From assembly GCA_964016885.1 (NCBI GenBank), contig OZ024764.1, positions 29,287,983 to 29,351,982 on the forward strand: a stretch of DNA of 64,000 bases. Direction: 5' to 3'. Both the position numbers and the translations under genes were made by a program. Within the stretch, counting starts at the first letter, position 1; every line of letters begins with the position of its first letter. Source of the DNA: Eledone cirrhosa (Eukaryota). Below are positions 1 through 12,639 of the stretch, in pieces. Under the pieces are notes generated by a model, which was not told where the DNA came from, did not search any database, and saw only the letters and a list, made by a program, of their open reading frames with translations.

Positions 1-1920
1 TGGTATTATACACAAGTATATATACATGTAGATATGATACATGTGTAGTGTGTATATTTATATTATACACAAGTATATATACATGTAGATATGATACATG
101 TGTAGTGTGTATATTGATATTTTACACAAGTATATATACATGTAGATATGATACATGTGTAGTGTGTATATTGATATTTTACACAAGTATATATACATGT
201 AGATATGATACATGTGTAGTGTGTATATTGGTATTATACACAAGTATATATACATGTAGATATGATACATGTGTAGTGTGTATATTGATATTATACACAA
301 GTATATATACATGTAGATATGATACATGTGTAGTGTGTATATTGATATTATACACAAGTATATATACATGTAGATATGATACATGTGCAGTGTGTATATT
401 TATATTATACACAAGTATATATACATGTAGATATGATACATGTGTAGTGTGTATATTGATATTTTACACAAGTATATATACATGTAGATATGATACATGT
501 GTAGTGTGTATATTGATATTATACACAAGTATATAGACATGTAGATATGATACATGTGTAGTGTGTATATTGATATTATACACAAGTATATATACATGTA
601 GATATGATACATGTGTAGTGTGTATATTGATATTATACACAAGTATATATACATGTAGATACGATACATGTGTAGTGTGTATATTGGTATTATACACAAG
701 TATATATACATGTAGATACGATACATGTGTAGTGTGTATATTTATATTATACACAAGTATATATACATGTAGATATGATACATGTGTAGTGTGTATATTG
801 ATATTTTACACAAGTATATATACATGTAGATATGATACATGTGTAGTGTGTATATTGGTATTATACACAAGTATATATACATGTAGATATGATACATGTG
901 TAGTGTGTATATTGATATTATACACAAGTATATATACATGTAGATATGATACATGTGTAGTGTGTATATTGATATTATACACAAGTATATATACATGTAG
1001 ATATGATACATGTGTAGTGTGTATATTTATATTATACACAAGTATATATACATGTAGATATGATACATGTGTAGTGTGTATATTGATATTTTACACAAGT
1101 ATATATACATGTAGATATGATACATGTGTAGTGTGTATATTGATATTATACACAAGTATATATACATGTAGATATGATACATGTGTAGTGTGTATATTGA
1201 TATTTTACACAAGTATATATACATGTAGATATGATACATGTGTAGTGTGTATATTGATATTATACACAAGTATATAGACATGTAGATATGATACATGTGT
1301 AGTGTATATATTGATATTATACACAAGTATATATACATGTAGATATGATACATGTGTAGTGTGTATATTGATATTATACACAAGTATATATACATGTAGA
1401 TATGATACATGTGTAGTGTGTATATTGATATTATACACAAGTATATATACATGTAGATATGATACATGTGTAGTGTGTATATTTATATTATACACAATTA
1501 TATATACATGTAGATATGATACATGTGTAGTGTGTATATTGATATTTTACACAAGTATATATACATGTAGATATGATACATGTGTAGTGTGTATATTGAT
1601 ATTATATACAAGTATATATACATGTAGATATGATACATGTGTAGTGTGTATATTGATATTATACACAAGTATATATACATGTAGATATGATACATGTGTA
1701 GTGTGTATATTGATATTATACACAAGTATATATACATGTAGATATGATACATGTGTAGTGTGTATATTTATATTATACACAAGTATATATACATGTAGAT
1801 ATGATACATGTGTAGTGTGTATATTGATATTTTACACAAGTATATATACATGTAGATATGATACATGTGTAGTGTGTATATTGATATTATACACAAGTAT
1901 ATATGCATGTAGATATGATA
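1..1920. repeat. 57-bp AT-rich minisatellite (~33 copies, continues past left edge), in a NOP9 intron
   Basis: Unit tgatattatacacaagtatatatacatgtagatatgatacatgtgtagtgtgtatat repeated head-to-tail; produces the 19-aa periodic spurious ORFs. Confidence 0.97.
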
Positions 1921-2316
1921 CATCAAATAACACCGTAATTTACAATATACACAGAAATTGAACAAAGACTGCGTTACACTGTCTTATGTAATCAATAAAG
2001 TAATCCATGATACATTAAAAAAAGACGATATTATATATAAACTGCATTAGGAGAAAATTAGTGACGGAAATATATGAATATTTATTTAAGCGATCGCTAA
2101 CAGGAAGTGTTGACATTTGAAAATTTTGAAGAAGTGAATCTTAAAAGAAGTAATAAAATATATTTAATGAACAGCCACAAAATTTAGTAGGGAATTATGT
2201 AATATTCATTCATTATTTATTCAAAGTAATCCAACTTTATTTTACTAATGGGGTAAAAAAAATGATAAACCGTACGCAGCCCCGCGCTTCTAGCAGAAAA
2301 ACCGCCCTTTAAGTAA

Positions 2317-2504
2317 TGGTTTCTACTTTTGGCACAAGGCCAGCAATTATCCCAGTGCATTACTGGTACTTTATTTTTTCGACCCTGTAAGGATGAAAGG
2401 CAAAGTTAACCTCGGCGGGATTTGAACTCAGATCATAAAGGGCCGTAACTCTATGCTGCAAAGCATGGTGTTCGACCTTCTACCGATACTGCCAAACCAC
2501 CGCC
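2317..2504 (-). mobile_element. tRNA-derived SINE, family 1 (octopus-type, Meta-domain-like centre)
   Basis: Minus strand: A-box-like TGGCAGTATCGG, B box GAGTTCAAATCC, central AACTTTGCCTTTCATCCTTAC..GGTCGA..AAATAAAGTACCAGT, tail GGCCTTGTGCCAAAAGTAGAAAC; more than 10 copies in the window. Confidence 0.9.
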
Positions 2505-2561
2505 TGCTTTGCTTGACGGGTTGCCTTACAGTTATTACAATACAGTAACAGCGATACTCAC

Positions 2562-2681
2562 GGGGATGGTTGAAGGCTCGTCAGGATTCAAGTAAATCTC
2601 ATAGGTCTTCATGGTCAGCAGGAGAAGAACAAAATACTTCCTCTTTTCCTCGTCAGAGCAATGGAAAGCATTCATCAATGA
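2562..2681 (-). CDS. NOP9: NOP9-like nucleolar Pumilio-repeat protein, coding exon 7 (last exon visible; gene continues off the left edge)
   Basis: CCCACAG acceptor, GTGAGT donor, 120 nt phase 0-0; SLMNAFHCSDEEKRKYFVLLLLTMKTYEIYLNP resembles the recalled NOP9 'L..AFHC....YE.Y' segment. Confidence 0.85.
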
Positions 2682-2854
2682 CTGTGGGATGACAAACAGA
2701 CAGACATAAAAGTTAGAGAGACAGAGATAGCTTTATATATACATAACGAAGGAAATGTGGTAAGGAACCAGGTGGACCATAACGCACCAGAGTACTCAAT
2801 ACTTAGGGTAGTAGAGTGGGTAATAGGAATCTTGAACATTTTCCTATATATATA

Positions 2855-2964
2855 TCATCATCATCACCGTTTTACGTCTGTTCTTCCATGCTAGCATGGG
2901 TTAGACGGGTTGTCCTGATGTGGGCAGTGTCTGGTCGGCTGACCATGCCTTACTCATACAGGAA

Positions 2965-3014
<50 letters not shown>

Positions 3015-3400
3015 TCATAATCATTATTTAACGTCTATCTTCCATGCTAGCATGGGTTACACGACCACTTTAATGTGGGCAGTGTCTGGTCGGCTGACCA
3101 TGCCTTACTCATACAGGAACTGATATATATATATATACACACACACACACATCATAATCATTATTTAACGTCTATCTTCCATGCTAGCATGGGTTAGATG
3201 GGTTTGTACCACTTGAGGCAAGTTTGGTCGGGTGACTAGGACTGTTTCTGGCTGGATGCCCTTTCTAACACCAACCACATTTACAATGTAGGCTGGGTGC
3301 TTTTTACCGTGACTCCTACACGACCACTTTAATGTGGACTGGGTGTTCTGTGGTACCAACATAACTTTACAGAGAAAGGGTGGTGAGGGGTGTGTATTTG
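2855..3400 (-). mobile_element. Fragments of RTE-tailed SINE (family 2) with a local ~120-bp duplication
   Basis: catcatca..ttaacgtc..ttccatgctagcatgggttaga tail occurs three times; ggctggatgccctttctaacaccaaccac core at ~3250. Confidence 0.7.
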
Positions 3401-3571
3401 GTTGAGGTGCCTACTAACTAGGTTTAACCCAATAATAGCACCACTGTTATCATTATTAATATTATATATTATCTCCGTGACGAGTGGAGAGATGCTGTGC
3501 TGAATAAGACCTGTCCCACCCTTGCAAGCAGGGAAAAGCGGACGTAAAATGATGATGATGATGATATATAT

Positions 3572-3762
3572 GGCGGTGGATTGGCAGTATCGGTAGAGGG
3601 TCGGACGCCATGCTTTGACGCATAGAGTTACGGCCCTTTCCATTCTGAGTTCAAATCCCGCCGAGGTTAACTTTGCCTTTCATCCTTACGGGGGTCGATA
3701 AAATAAAGTACCAGTAAAACACTGGGTAATTGCTGGCCTTGTGCCAAAAGTAGAAACAAATA
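3572..3762 (+). mobile_element. SINE family 1, full-length copy
   Basis: GGCGGTGGATTGGCAGTATCGGTAGAG...GAGTTCAAATCCCGCCGAGGTTAACTTTGCCTTTCATCC...GTAGAAAC. Confidence 0.9.
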
Positions 3763-3789
3763 TTAATATATATATAAACACACACACAC

Positions 3790-4755
3790 CCCACACCACT
3801 ACTACTACTACTACACCTCCTCCACAACAGACCACCACACCACTACGACACAACCAAGACCACACCACCACCAATACTACATCAACAGACTACCACACCA
3901 CCAACAGACCACCATACCACAACTACACCACTAACAGACCACTTCACAACCAACACTGCACCACACCACACCACTACTACACCACCAACAATACAACACA
4001 TTACGCCACACCACATCATTACTACACCGCCACCACACCACACCACACCACTACTACACCACCAACAATACAACACATTACGCCACACCACACCACTACT
4101 ACACCACCAACAATACAACACACCACATCATTACTACACCGCCACCACACCACACCACTACTACACCACCAACAATACAACACACCACATCATTACTACA
4201 CCGCCACCACACCACACCACTACTACACCACCAACAATACAACACACTACGCCACACCACACCACTACTACACCACCAACAATACAACACACCACATCAT
4301 TACTACACCGCCACCACACCACACCACTACTACACCGCCACCACACCACACCACCAACAATACAACACATTACGCCACACCACATCATTACTACACCGCC
4401 ACCACACCACACCACTACTACACCACATTACGCCACACCACACCACTACTACACCACCAACAATACAACACACCACATCATTACTACACCGCCACCACAC
4501 CACACCACTACTACACCACCAACAATACAACACACCACATCATTACTACACCGCCACCACACCACACCACTACTACACCACCAACAATACAACACACTAC
4601 GCCACACCACACCACTACTACACCACCAACAATACAACACACCACATCATTACTACACCGCCACCACACCACACCACTACTACACCACCAACAATAAAAC
4701 ACATTACATTACACCACTACACCACCAACACACCACACCATACCACACCACCACC
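3790..4755. repeat. (CAC/CCA)-rich compound tandem repeat
   Basis: Recurring modules caccactactacaccaccaacaatacaacac and cacatcattactacaccgccacc. Confidence 0.9.
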
Positions 4756-4766
4756 ATTTTACTTAC

Positions 4767-4895
4767 AGCAACAAATTTCTTCTCTTTACAATGAAACTTG
4801 AGACAGACGTTGGCCAAACTTTTAACTATCCCCATATGGTTGAGTGCCAAGATATCCTCAATATGGGGAATTAATTCTGCATAGATCACCTTCAG
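4767..4895 (-). CDS. NOP9: NOP9-like coding exon 6
   Basis: TTTTCCAG acceptor, GTAAGT donor, 129 nt phase 0-0; LKVIYAELIPHIEDILALNHMGIVKSLANVCLKFHCKEKKFVA. Confidence 0.88.
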
Positions 4896-4994
4896 CTGGA
4901 AAATTGTTCATGAATAAATTTACATATTAATCAATTATTTAAATTAATTAAATCGTTAACCCTTTAGCATTTAAACTGGCTGTATTCGGCCAGG

Positions 4995-5430
4995 GTCAGA
5001 CAATCTCATTTTGTCAGTCAGACAGTCACATTTGGAGAGTCAAGGTCAGACAGGGTCAGTCAGTCACATTTGGACAGTCAAGGTCAGACAGGGTCAGTCA
5101 AGGTCACACAGGGTTAGACAGTCACATTTGGACAGTCAAGGTCACACAGGGTTAGACAGTCACATTTGGTCAGGCAGGGTCAGACGGTCAATCAATCAGT
5201 TACATTTGGTCAGACAGGGTCAGTCAGCCACATTTGGTCAGACAGGGTCAGTCAGTCACATTTGGTCAGACAGGGTCAGTCAGTCACATTTGGTCAGACA
5301 GGGTCAGTCAGTCACATTTGGTCAGACAGGGTCAGTCAGTCACATTTGGTCAGGCAGGGTCAGGCAGTCAATCAATCAGTTACATTTGGTCAGACAGGGT
5401 CAGTCAGTCACATTTGGTCAGACAGTCAAT
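4995..5430. repeat. 28-bp minisatellite ggtcagacagggtcagtcagtcacattt
   Basis: Direct tandem copies filling most of the intron between exons 5 and 6. Confidence 0.9.
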
Positions 5431-5459
5431 CTGGTGACAGCTGGACAATGTTTACTCAC

Positions 5460-5649
5460 CATGTCTTTATTGACACAGCGGTCAATGACGAGACGTAGGA
5501 CATAACTGGACGCAGCGTGCACAGCGTAGGCAATAAGGCGATCCTTGAAAGAACATTCATACCAGGTGAGAAAGAGGTCATCTGGACAGCTCTGCAGCAA
5601 CTCATCGGCCAAGTAACTGGACACTGGGTTCATCATCAGATCGGGCAGC
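5460..5649 (-). CDS. NOP9: NOP9-like coding exon 5
   Basis: TTTTCAG acceptor, GTGAGT donor, 190 nt phase 2-0; LPDLMMNPVSSYLADELLQSCPDDLFLTWYECSFKDRLIAYAVHAASSYVLRLVIDRC has Pumilio-repeat-like 'SSY(L/V)' helices. Confidence 0.9.
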
Positions 5650-5660
5650 CTGAAAATAAA

Positions 5661-6095
5661 CCATCACCATCACCACCATTAATACCATCATCATCATCAC
5701 CATCACCACCATTAATACCATCATCATCACCATCACCATTAATACCATCATCATCATCACCATCACCACCATTAATACCATCATCATCACCATCACCACC
5801 ATTAATACCATCATCATCATCACCATCACCACCATTAATACCATCATCATCATCACCATCACCACCATTAATACCATCATCATCATCACCATCACCACCA
5901 TTAATACCATCATCATCATCACCATCACCACCATTAATACCATCATCATCATCACCATCACCACCATTAATACCACCATCATCATTACCAACACCATCAT
6001 TATAATCACCATCACCATTAACACCACCACTATCATCACCAACACCACCATCATCATTACCATCACCACATCACCACCACCAACTCCATTATCAT
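5661..6095. repeat. 30-33-bp (CAT/CAC)-based tandem repeat
   Basis: ccatcatcatcatcaccatcaccaccattaata, ~10 copies then degenerate. Confidence 0.9.
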
Positions 6096-6265
6096 CAGCT
6101 GGGGTTGATTTGAACGACTAAATACCTTCAAGGCAGTGCCCTAGCATGGCCACAGTATAATGACCGAAACCAATAGAAGATAGTGCTCCAGCATGGCTAC
6201 AGTCATCAGTTTAAACAAGTAAAAGGAGACAGTGCCCCAGCATAGCTACAGTCACCAGTTTAACC
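6095..6265 (+). mobile_element. SINE 3' fragment with a triplicated CR1-like tail
   Basis: gtgccctagcatggccacagt..gaccgaaac, gtgctccagcatggctacagtc..aaacaagtaaaag and gtgccccagcatagctacagtc; resembles the LINE tail at 58655-58702. Confidence 0.6.
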
Positions 6266-6401
6266 TTCTGGACACTCTAGGTGCATTATGTCATCGATAG
6301 AGTAATCTCCCCTTAATAATACAGTGTCAGGGGAAGCAATTCATAAAATAATCTAGCGTACTAAAGATTAAGAAGAATGTAAGAATGAGAGAAGAACTAA
6401 C

Positions 6402-6570
6402 CGGGAGGAATCAATAAGGGTCATGTTTGTGTCGACCGGTGGAATATCGAGGAAGCCACACAGTTTGATGATCCTACGACACAATTTCTTACCAACTTCT
6501 TTATCTAAATCCATTGTTAACTGGACCAAAAGCTGGACGACAGGGTTGGCAGATTTGTGGGTGAAATAAG
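6402..6570 (-). CDS. NOP9: NOP9-like coding exon 4
   Basis: CTTTCAG acceptor, GTTAGT donor, 169 nt phase 1-2; SYFTHKSANPVVQLLVQLTMDLDKEVGKKLCRRIIKLCGF; phases join exons 3 and 5. Confidence 0.85.
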
Positions 6571-6764
6571 CTGAAAGTGGAACATAAAAGGATACAATTC
6601 AGAATTACACTTGAAAACAAAAGAAAAAAAAAGTAAAGAAAAACAAATACTGCAGTTAACTCTTTAATGTACCTTTTTCTGTTGAAACTGGCTGTAACCA
6701 GTCACTCAAACTGATGTTAAGGTATTGTTCTCAAAATAAATACTTTCAAAATCTCATAGATTCG

Positions 6765-8270
6765 GTATTATGTGAGATAATTATGCGAGGTAAAGCCTTT
6801 AGCATGAAAATATAATAGTATATATAGAGTAATGTAGATGTTATGTGAGGTATTATGTGAGGTAAAGCCTTTACTGTGACAATACAATAGTATATATAGA
6901 GTAATGTAGATGTTATGTGAGATATGTAAGGTAAAGCCTTTACTGTGAAAATACAATAGTATATATAGAGTAATGTGAATGTTATGTGAGATATTATGTG
7001 AGGTAAAGCCTTTACTGTGACAATACAATAGTATATATAGAGTAATGTAAATGTTACGTGGGATATTATGTGAGGTAAAGCCTTTACTGTGACAATACAA
7101 TAGTGTATAAAGAGTAATGTAAATGTTATGTGAGGTATTATGTGAGGTAAAGCCTTTACTGTGACAATACAATAGTGTATATAGAGTAATGTAAATGTTA
7201 TGTGAGATATTATGTAAGGTAAAGCTTTTACTGTGACAATACAATAGTATATATAGAGTAATGTAAATGTTATGTGGGATATTATGTGAGGTAAAGCCTT
7301 TACTGTGAAAATACAATAGTATATAGAGTAATGTAAATGTTATGTGAGATATTATGTGAGGTAAAGCCTTTACTGTGAAAATACAATAGTATATATAGAG
7401 TAATGTAAATGTTATGTGGGATATTATGTGAGGTAAAGCCTTTACTGTGACAATACAATAGTGTATATAGAGTAATGTAAATGTTATGTGGGATATTATG
7501 TGAGGTAAAGCTTTTACTGTGACAATACAATAGTATATATAGAGTAATGTAAATGTTATGTGGGATATTATGTGAGGTAAAGCTTTTACTGTGACAATAC
7601 AATAGTATATATAGAGTAATGTAAATGTTATGTGAGATATTATGTGAGGTAAAGCCTTTACTGTGAAAATACAATAGTATATATAGAGTAATGTAAATGT
7701 TATGTGAGATATTATGTGAGGTAAAGCTTTTACTGTGACAATACAATAGTATATATAGAGTAATGTAAATGTTATGTGGGATATTATGTGAGGTAAAGCC
7801 TTTACTGTGAAAATACAATAGTATATATAGAGTAATGTAAATGTTATGTGAGATATGTAAGGTAAAGCCTTTACTGTGACAATACAATAGTATATATAGA
7901 GTAATGTAAATGTTATGTGAGATATTATGTGAGGTAAAGCCTTTACTGTGACAATACAATAGTATATATAGAGTAATGTAAATGTTATGTGAGATATTAT
8001 GTGAGGTAAAGCCTTTACTGTGACAATACAATAGTATATATAGAGTAATGTAAATGTTATGTGAGATATTATGTGAGGTAAAGCCTTTACTGTGAAAATA
8101 CAATAGTATATATAGAGTAATGTAAATGTTATGTGAGATATTATGTGAGGTAAAGCCTTTACTGTGACAATACAATAGTATATATAGAGTAATGTAAATG
8201 TTATGTGGGATATTATGTGAGGTAAAGCCTTTACTGTGAAAATACAATAGTATATATAGAGTAATGTGAA
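6765..8270. repeat. 72-bp minisatellite (~21 copies)
   Basis: ggtaaagcctttactgtgacaatacaatagtatatatagagtaatgtaaatgttatgtgagatattatgtga; 24-aa periodic spurious ORFs. Confidence 0.97.
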
Positions 8271-8420
8271 TGGTAAAGGGTTAAATATGGTGGACTAAAG
8301 CAAGGTCCAATGACTAAAAAGATATGTCTATATACTCTCAGGTCCCAAATAATGGGGGTGGGTGGAATAAGGGGAGGGAGTGTGAGAATTTACAGTATTA
8401 CAGTAAAGACTTTAATATTT

Positions 8421-8606
8421 AATTGTTTCTACTTTTGGCACAAGGCAATCAATTATCCCAGTGTATTACTGCTACTTTATTTTATCGACCCCGTAAGGAT
8501 GAAAGGCAAAGTTAACCTCGACGGGATTTGAACTTACGTAAAGGGACGTAACTGTGCTGCAAAGCATGGCGTCCGACCCTTTTCCAACACTGCCAATCCA
8601 CCGCCT
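8421..8606 (-). mobile_element. SINE family 1
   Basis: Same head, centre and tail motifs as 3572-3762. Confidence 0.88.
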
Positions 8607-8641
8607 CTTTAATATTAATATTTAATGTGATGTAGTCATAG

Positions 8642-9440
8642 TTTACAGTATTACAGTAAAGACTTTAATATCTAATGTGATGTAGTCATAGTGTTGTTTT
8701 GTACTAAATGTTTATAGTATCTTTACTGGTGGACAGATTGTTGTGAACATTTACAGTATTACAGTAAAGACTTTAATATTTAATGTGATGTAGTCATAGT
8801 GTTGTTTTGTACTAAATGTTTATAGTATCTTTACTGGCGGACAGATTGTTGTGACAATTTACAGTATTACAGTAAAGACTTTAATATTTAATGTGATGTA
8901 GTCATAGTGTTGTTTTGTACTAAATGTTTATAGTATCTTTACTGGTGGACAGATTGTTGTGAACATTTACAGTATTACAGTAAAGACTTTAATATTTAAT
9001 GTGATGTAGTCATAGTGTTGTTTTGTACTAAATGTTTATAGTATCTTTACTGGTGGACAGATTGTTGTGAATATTTACAGTATTACAGTAAAGACTTTAG
9101 TATTTAATGTGATGTAGACATAGTCTTGTTTTGTACTAAATGTTTATAGTATCTTTACTAGTGGACAGATTGTTGTGAACATTTACAGTATTACAGTAAA
9201 GACTTTAGTATTTAATGTGATGTAGTCATAATGTTGTTTTGTACTAAATGTTTATAGTATCTTTACTGGTGGACAGATTGTTGTGAATATTTACAGTATT
9301 ACAGTAAAGACTTTAATATCTAATGTGATGTAGACATAGTGTTGTTTTGTACTAAATGTTTATAGTATCTTTACTGGTGGACAGATTGTTGTGAATATTT
9401 ACAGTATTACAGTAAAGACTAATATTTAATGTAATGTAGC
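8642..9440. repeat. 108-bp tandem repeat (~7.5 copies)
   Basis: tttacagtattacagtaaagact starts at 8642, 8750, 8858 and onward. Confidence 0.95.
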
Positions 9441-9502
9441 TAATCATAGTTAAAACTAATGTTGGTTGTTAAGGCCAAGGCAATTAAATTGTAAATACTT
9501 AC

Positions 9503-9604
9503 AATATATATTCTCCAACACACAGATGTGTCTTGATATTTTAAAGAAACATTTCTGAAAATTCGGGTCATCTTTAGACAATTTTTGCTGGAATTCTTCT
9601 ATAA
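9503..9604 (-). CDS. NOP9: NOP9-like coding exon 3
   Basis: TATTTCAG acceptor, GTAAGT donor, 102 nt phase 1-1; VIEEFQQKLSKDDPNFQKCFFKISRHICVLENIY, open and phase-compatible with neighbours. Confidence 0.82.
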
Positions 9605-9751
9605 CTGAAATACAGAAATTAGTTAATAGTTAATTCTTCCACACACATGTTCAGACATAGGGGTGTGTGTGTGCGTGTAGTTCAAGGAGACACCAAACAG
9701 AGGTACAAAAATCTTACTAGTTTCATGCTTTATATTGGAAAGAGGAAAGAA

Positions 9752-9788
9752 AGTTCGACGTATCGGACTTAAGTCCTTCTTCAGAAGT
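9752..9788 (-). ncRNA. Degenerate minimal hammerhead-ribozyme motif (Penelope-like element remnant)
   Basis: Minus: CTGAAGA-A-GGAC-TTAA-GTCC-GATAC-GTC; GATA replaces the canonical GAAA. Confidence 0.5.
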
Positions 9789-9827
9789 AGACATAGAGAC
9801 AGGATCACAAAGGATAGATATAGAAAG

Positions 9828-10215
9828 GGCAGTGGATTGGCAGTATAGGTAGAGGGTTGGACGCCATGCTTCACAGCACAGAGTTACGTCCCTTTACGCT
9901 CTGAGTTCAAATTCCGTCGAGGTTAACTTTGCCTTTCATCCTTACGGGGTCGATAAAATAACGCACTAGTAATGTGCTGGGCTTGATTTAATCGACTTTC
10001 CCTCTTCCCCCAAATTGCTCGCCTTGTGCCTATAGTAGAAATCATTATTAGAGTCGGACGCCATGATTTCCAGCATAGTTACGTCCCTTTACAGTCTGAG
10101 TTCAAATTCTGCCGAGGTTAACTTTGACTTTCATCCTTACGGGGTCGATAAACTAAAGTACCAGTAATGCACTGGGTAATTGCTGGCCTTGTGCCAAAAG
10201 TAGAAACAATTATTA
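9828..10215 (+). mobile_element. Two tandem SINE family 1 copies (second is 5'-truncated)
   Basis: B boxes at ~9903 and ~10098, two GCCTTTCATCCTTACGGGGTCGATAAA-type centres. Confidence 0.88.
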
Positions 10216-10419
10216 TTATTATTATAATTTATAGCATATCTTCCAGTCCAGCCTTCTGTTGTCGTTTTAAATATATACACCCCGCTTTGTGTTCCTACTT
10301 GTTACCATGACTACCTGGCAGCTTTTCTGTTCAGAAAACAAAAAAGAAGAAAATAAAAAGGAAAAACAGAAAAGCCGCCAGGTAGTCTTGGTAACAAGTA
10401 GGAACACAAAGTGGAGTGC

Positions 10420-11700
10420 CATCACCATCATCATCATCGTTTAGCGTCCGTGTTCCACGCTTGCATGGGTTTGGACGGGAGTTTTCCCACTTGAGGCAAG
10501 AGTGGTTGTCTTGCTCGCATAGGACTGTCTGGCGGGTTTTCTACAGCTGGATGCCCTTCCTAACACCAACCACATTTACAGTGTGGGGCTGGGAGGTTTT
10601 TACCGTGTTGCCTACACGGCCACATTACAGCGTGGACTGTCTGGCGGGTTTTATACGGCTGGATGCCCTTCCTAACACCAACCACGTTTACAGTGTGGGG
10701 CTGGGAGGTTTTTACCGTGTTACCTACACGGCCACATTACAGCGTGGACTGTCTGGCGGGTTTTATACGGCTGGATGCCCTTCCTAACACCAACCACGTT
10801 TACAGTGTGGGGCTGGGAGGTTTTTACCGTGTTACCTACACGGCCACATTACAGCGTGGACTGTCTGGCGGGTTTTATACGGCTGGATGCCCTTCCTAAC
10901 ACCAACCACGTTTACAGTGTGGGGCTGGGAGGTTTTTACCGTGTTACCTACACGGCCACATTACAGCGTGGACTGTCTGGCGGGTTTTATACGGCTGGAT
11001 GCCCTTCCTAACACCAACCACGTTTACAGTGTGGGGCTGGGAGGTTTTTACCGTGTTACCTACACGGCCACATTACAGCGTGGACTGTCTGGCGGGTTTT
11101 ATACGGCTGGATGCCCTTCCTAACACCAACCACGTTTACAGTGTGGGGCTGGGAGGTTTTTACCGTGTTACCTACACGGCCACATTACAGCGTGGACTGT
11201 CTGGCGGGTTTTATACGGCTGGATGCCCTTCCTAACACCAACCACGTTTACAGTGTGGGGCTGGGAGGTTTTTACCGTGTTACCTACACGGCCACATTAC
11301 AGCGTGGACTGTCTGGCGGGTTTTCTACAGCTGGATGCCCTTCCTAACACCAACCACATTTACAGTGTGGGACTGGGAGGTTTTTACCGTGTTACCTCCA
11401 CGGCCACATTACAGCGTGGACTGTCTGGCGGGTTTTATACGGCTGGATGCCCTTCCTAACACCAACCACGTTTACAGTGTGGGGCTGGGAGGTTTTTACC
11501 GTGTTACCTACACGGCCACATTACAGCGTGGACTGTCTGGCGGTTTTTATACGGCTGGATGCCCTTCCTAACACCAACCACGTTTACAGTGTGGGGCTGG
11601 GAGGTTTTTACCGTGTTACCTACACGGCCACATTTGTTTCGGACTGGATGTTGTGGTACCAACATAACTTTACATTGAAAGGGGTGGTGTGGATGGCGTG
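10420..11700 (-). repeat. RTE-tailed SINE (family 2) with an internal 112-bp unit expanded to ~10 near-identical copies
   Basis: Tail catcatcatcgtttagcgtccg at 10430; unit ggctggatgcccttcctaacaccaaccacgtttacagtgtgggg... with 112-bp period (ORF starts 10663, 10775, 10887). Confidence 0.92.
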
Positions 11701-11787
11701 GGGGTAGTGGGACGGGGGGTGTATATATTTAAAAAACGACAACAGAAGGCTGGACTGGAAGATATGCTATAAATTATAATAATAATA

Positions 11788-11976
11788 ATTGTTTCTACTT
11801 TTGGCACAAGGCCAGAAATTACCCAGTGCATTACTGGTACTTTATTTTATCGACCCCGTAAGGATGAAAGGCAAAGTTAACCTCGGCGGAATTTGAACTC
11901 AGAACGCAAAGGGACGTAACTCTGTGTTGTGAAGCATGGTGTCCGACCCTCTACCGATACTACCAATCCACTGCCC
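11788..11976 (-). mobile_element. SINE family 1
   Basis: Full head, centre and tail motifs. Confidence 0.9.
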
Positions 11977-12023
11977 TTATAACAACAACAACAACAACAA
12001 CAACAATAAATATAGCTTCTTAC

Positions 12024-12599
12024 CTGGTTTACTGTATTGAGGTTTCTGGCTCCTTGTCGTGGAGGTGATGATTGACGAGGTTCTGGGAGGCCGGTTGGCC
12101 AACACAAGGAGGGACGTACGGACAATATGGCTGCTGTAGATGTCTGTGATTAACGCCTCAATGTTGTCGTCAAGGAAACCACAGAAGCGAAGGAAGGAGT
12201 CACGAGGCAACACCAACTCCTTCGCTCCTGACCTCTCCTTTGATTTCTTCTTGCACTTCTGCTTAACTCTTTCCTTACCTCCACCACCACTCCTATCATC
12301 GTCATAGTCAGCAGCATCGTTGTTAGGGTCTTCCTCTTCGTCCTCAAGGAAGAGGAGTTCGGCAGGGTCTATATCAAAGGTGTCAGGCAAGAAGAGCAGG
12401 GTCTTTTGTAGGACATGACTGGCGCATCGGTCAGTACAAAACTCCATCCAGTCAGAGCTGATGATCTGCCACAAGTAGTAGATATGTTTAGGATCAGATT
12501 TCTTCAGGAATGTCTCAATGTAATGGCTGACCGTTTGGTTCTGGCACACCACAAGGGCCTCTTTCTTCAGCTCTCGGAATATGTTGAGCAAGAAAATAC
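12024..12599 (-). CDS. NOP9: NOP9-like coding exon 2
   Basis: TATTTACAG acceptor, GTAAGA donor, 576 nt phase 1-1; Pumilio-like motifs CQNQTVSHYIE, CTDRCASHVLQK, ITDIYSSHIVRT separated by an acidic insert, as recalled for NOP9. Confidence 0.92.
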
Positions 12600-12639
12600 C
12601 TGTAAATACACACACAGAGAGAAAAAGTGTAAAGTAGTT

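Noticed and set aside
48-1965. Long Cys/Tyr-rich ORFs
   Set aside because: Translations of a 57-bp tandem repeat inside a NOP9 intron
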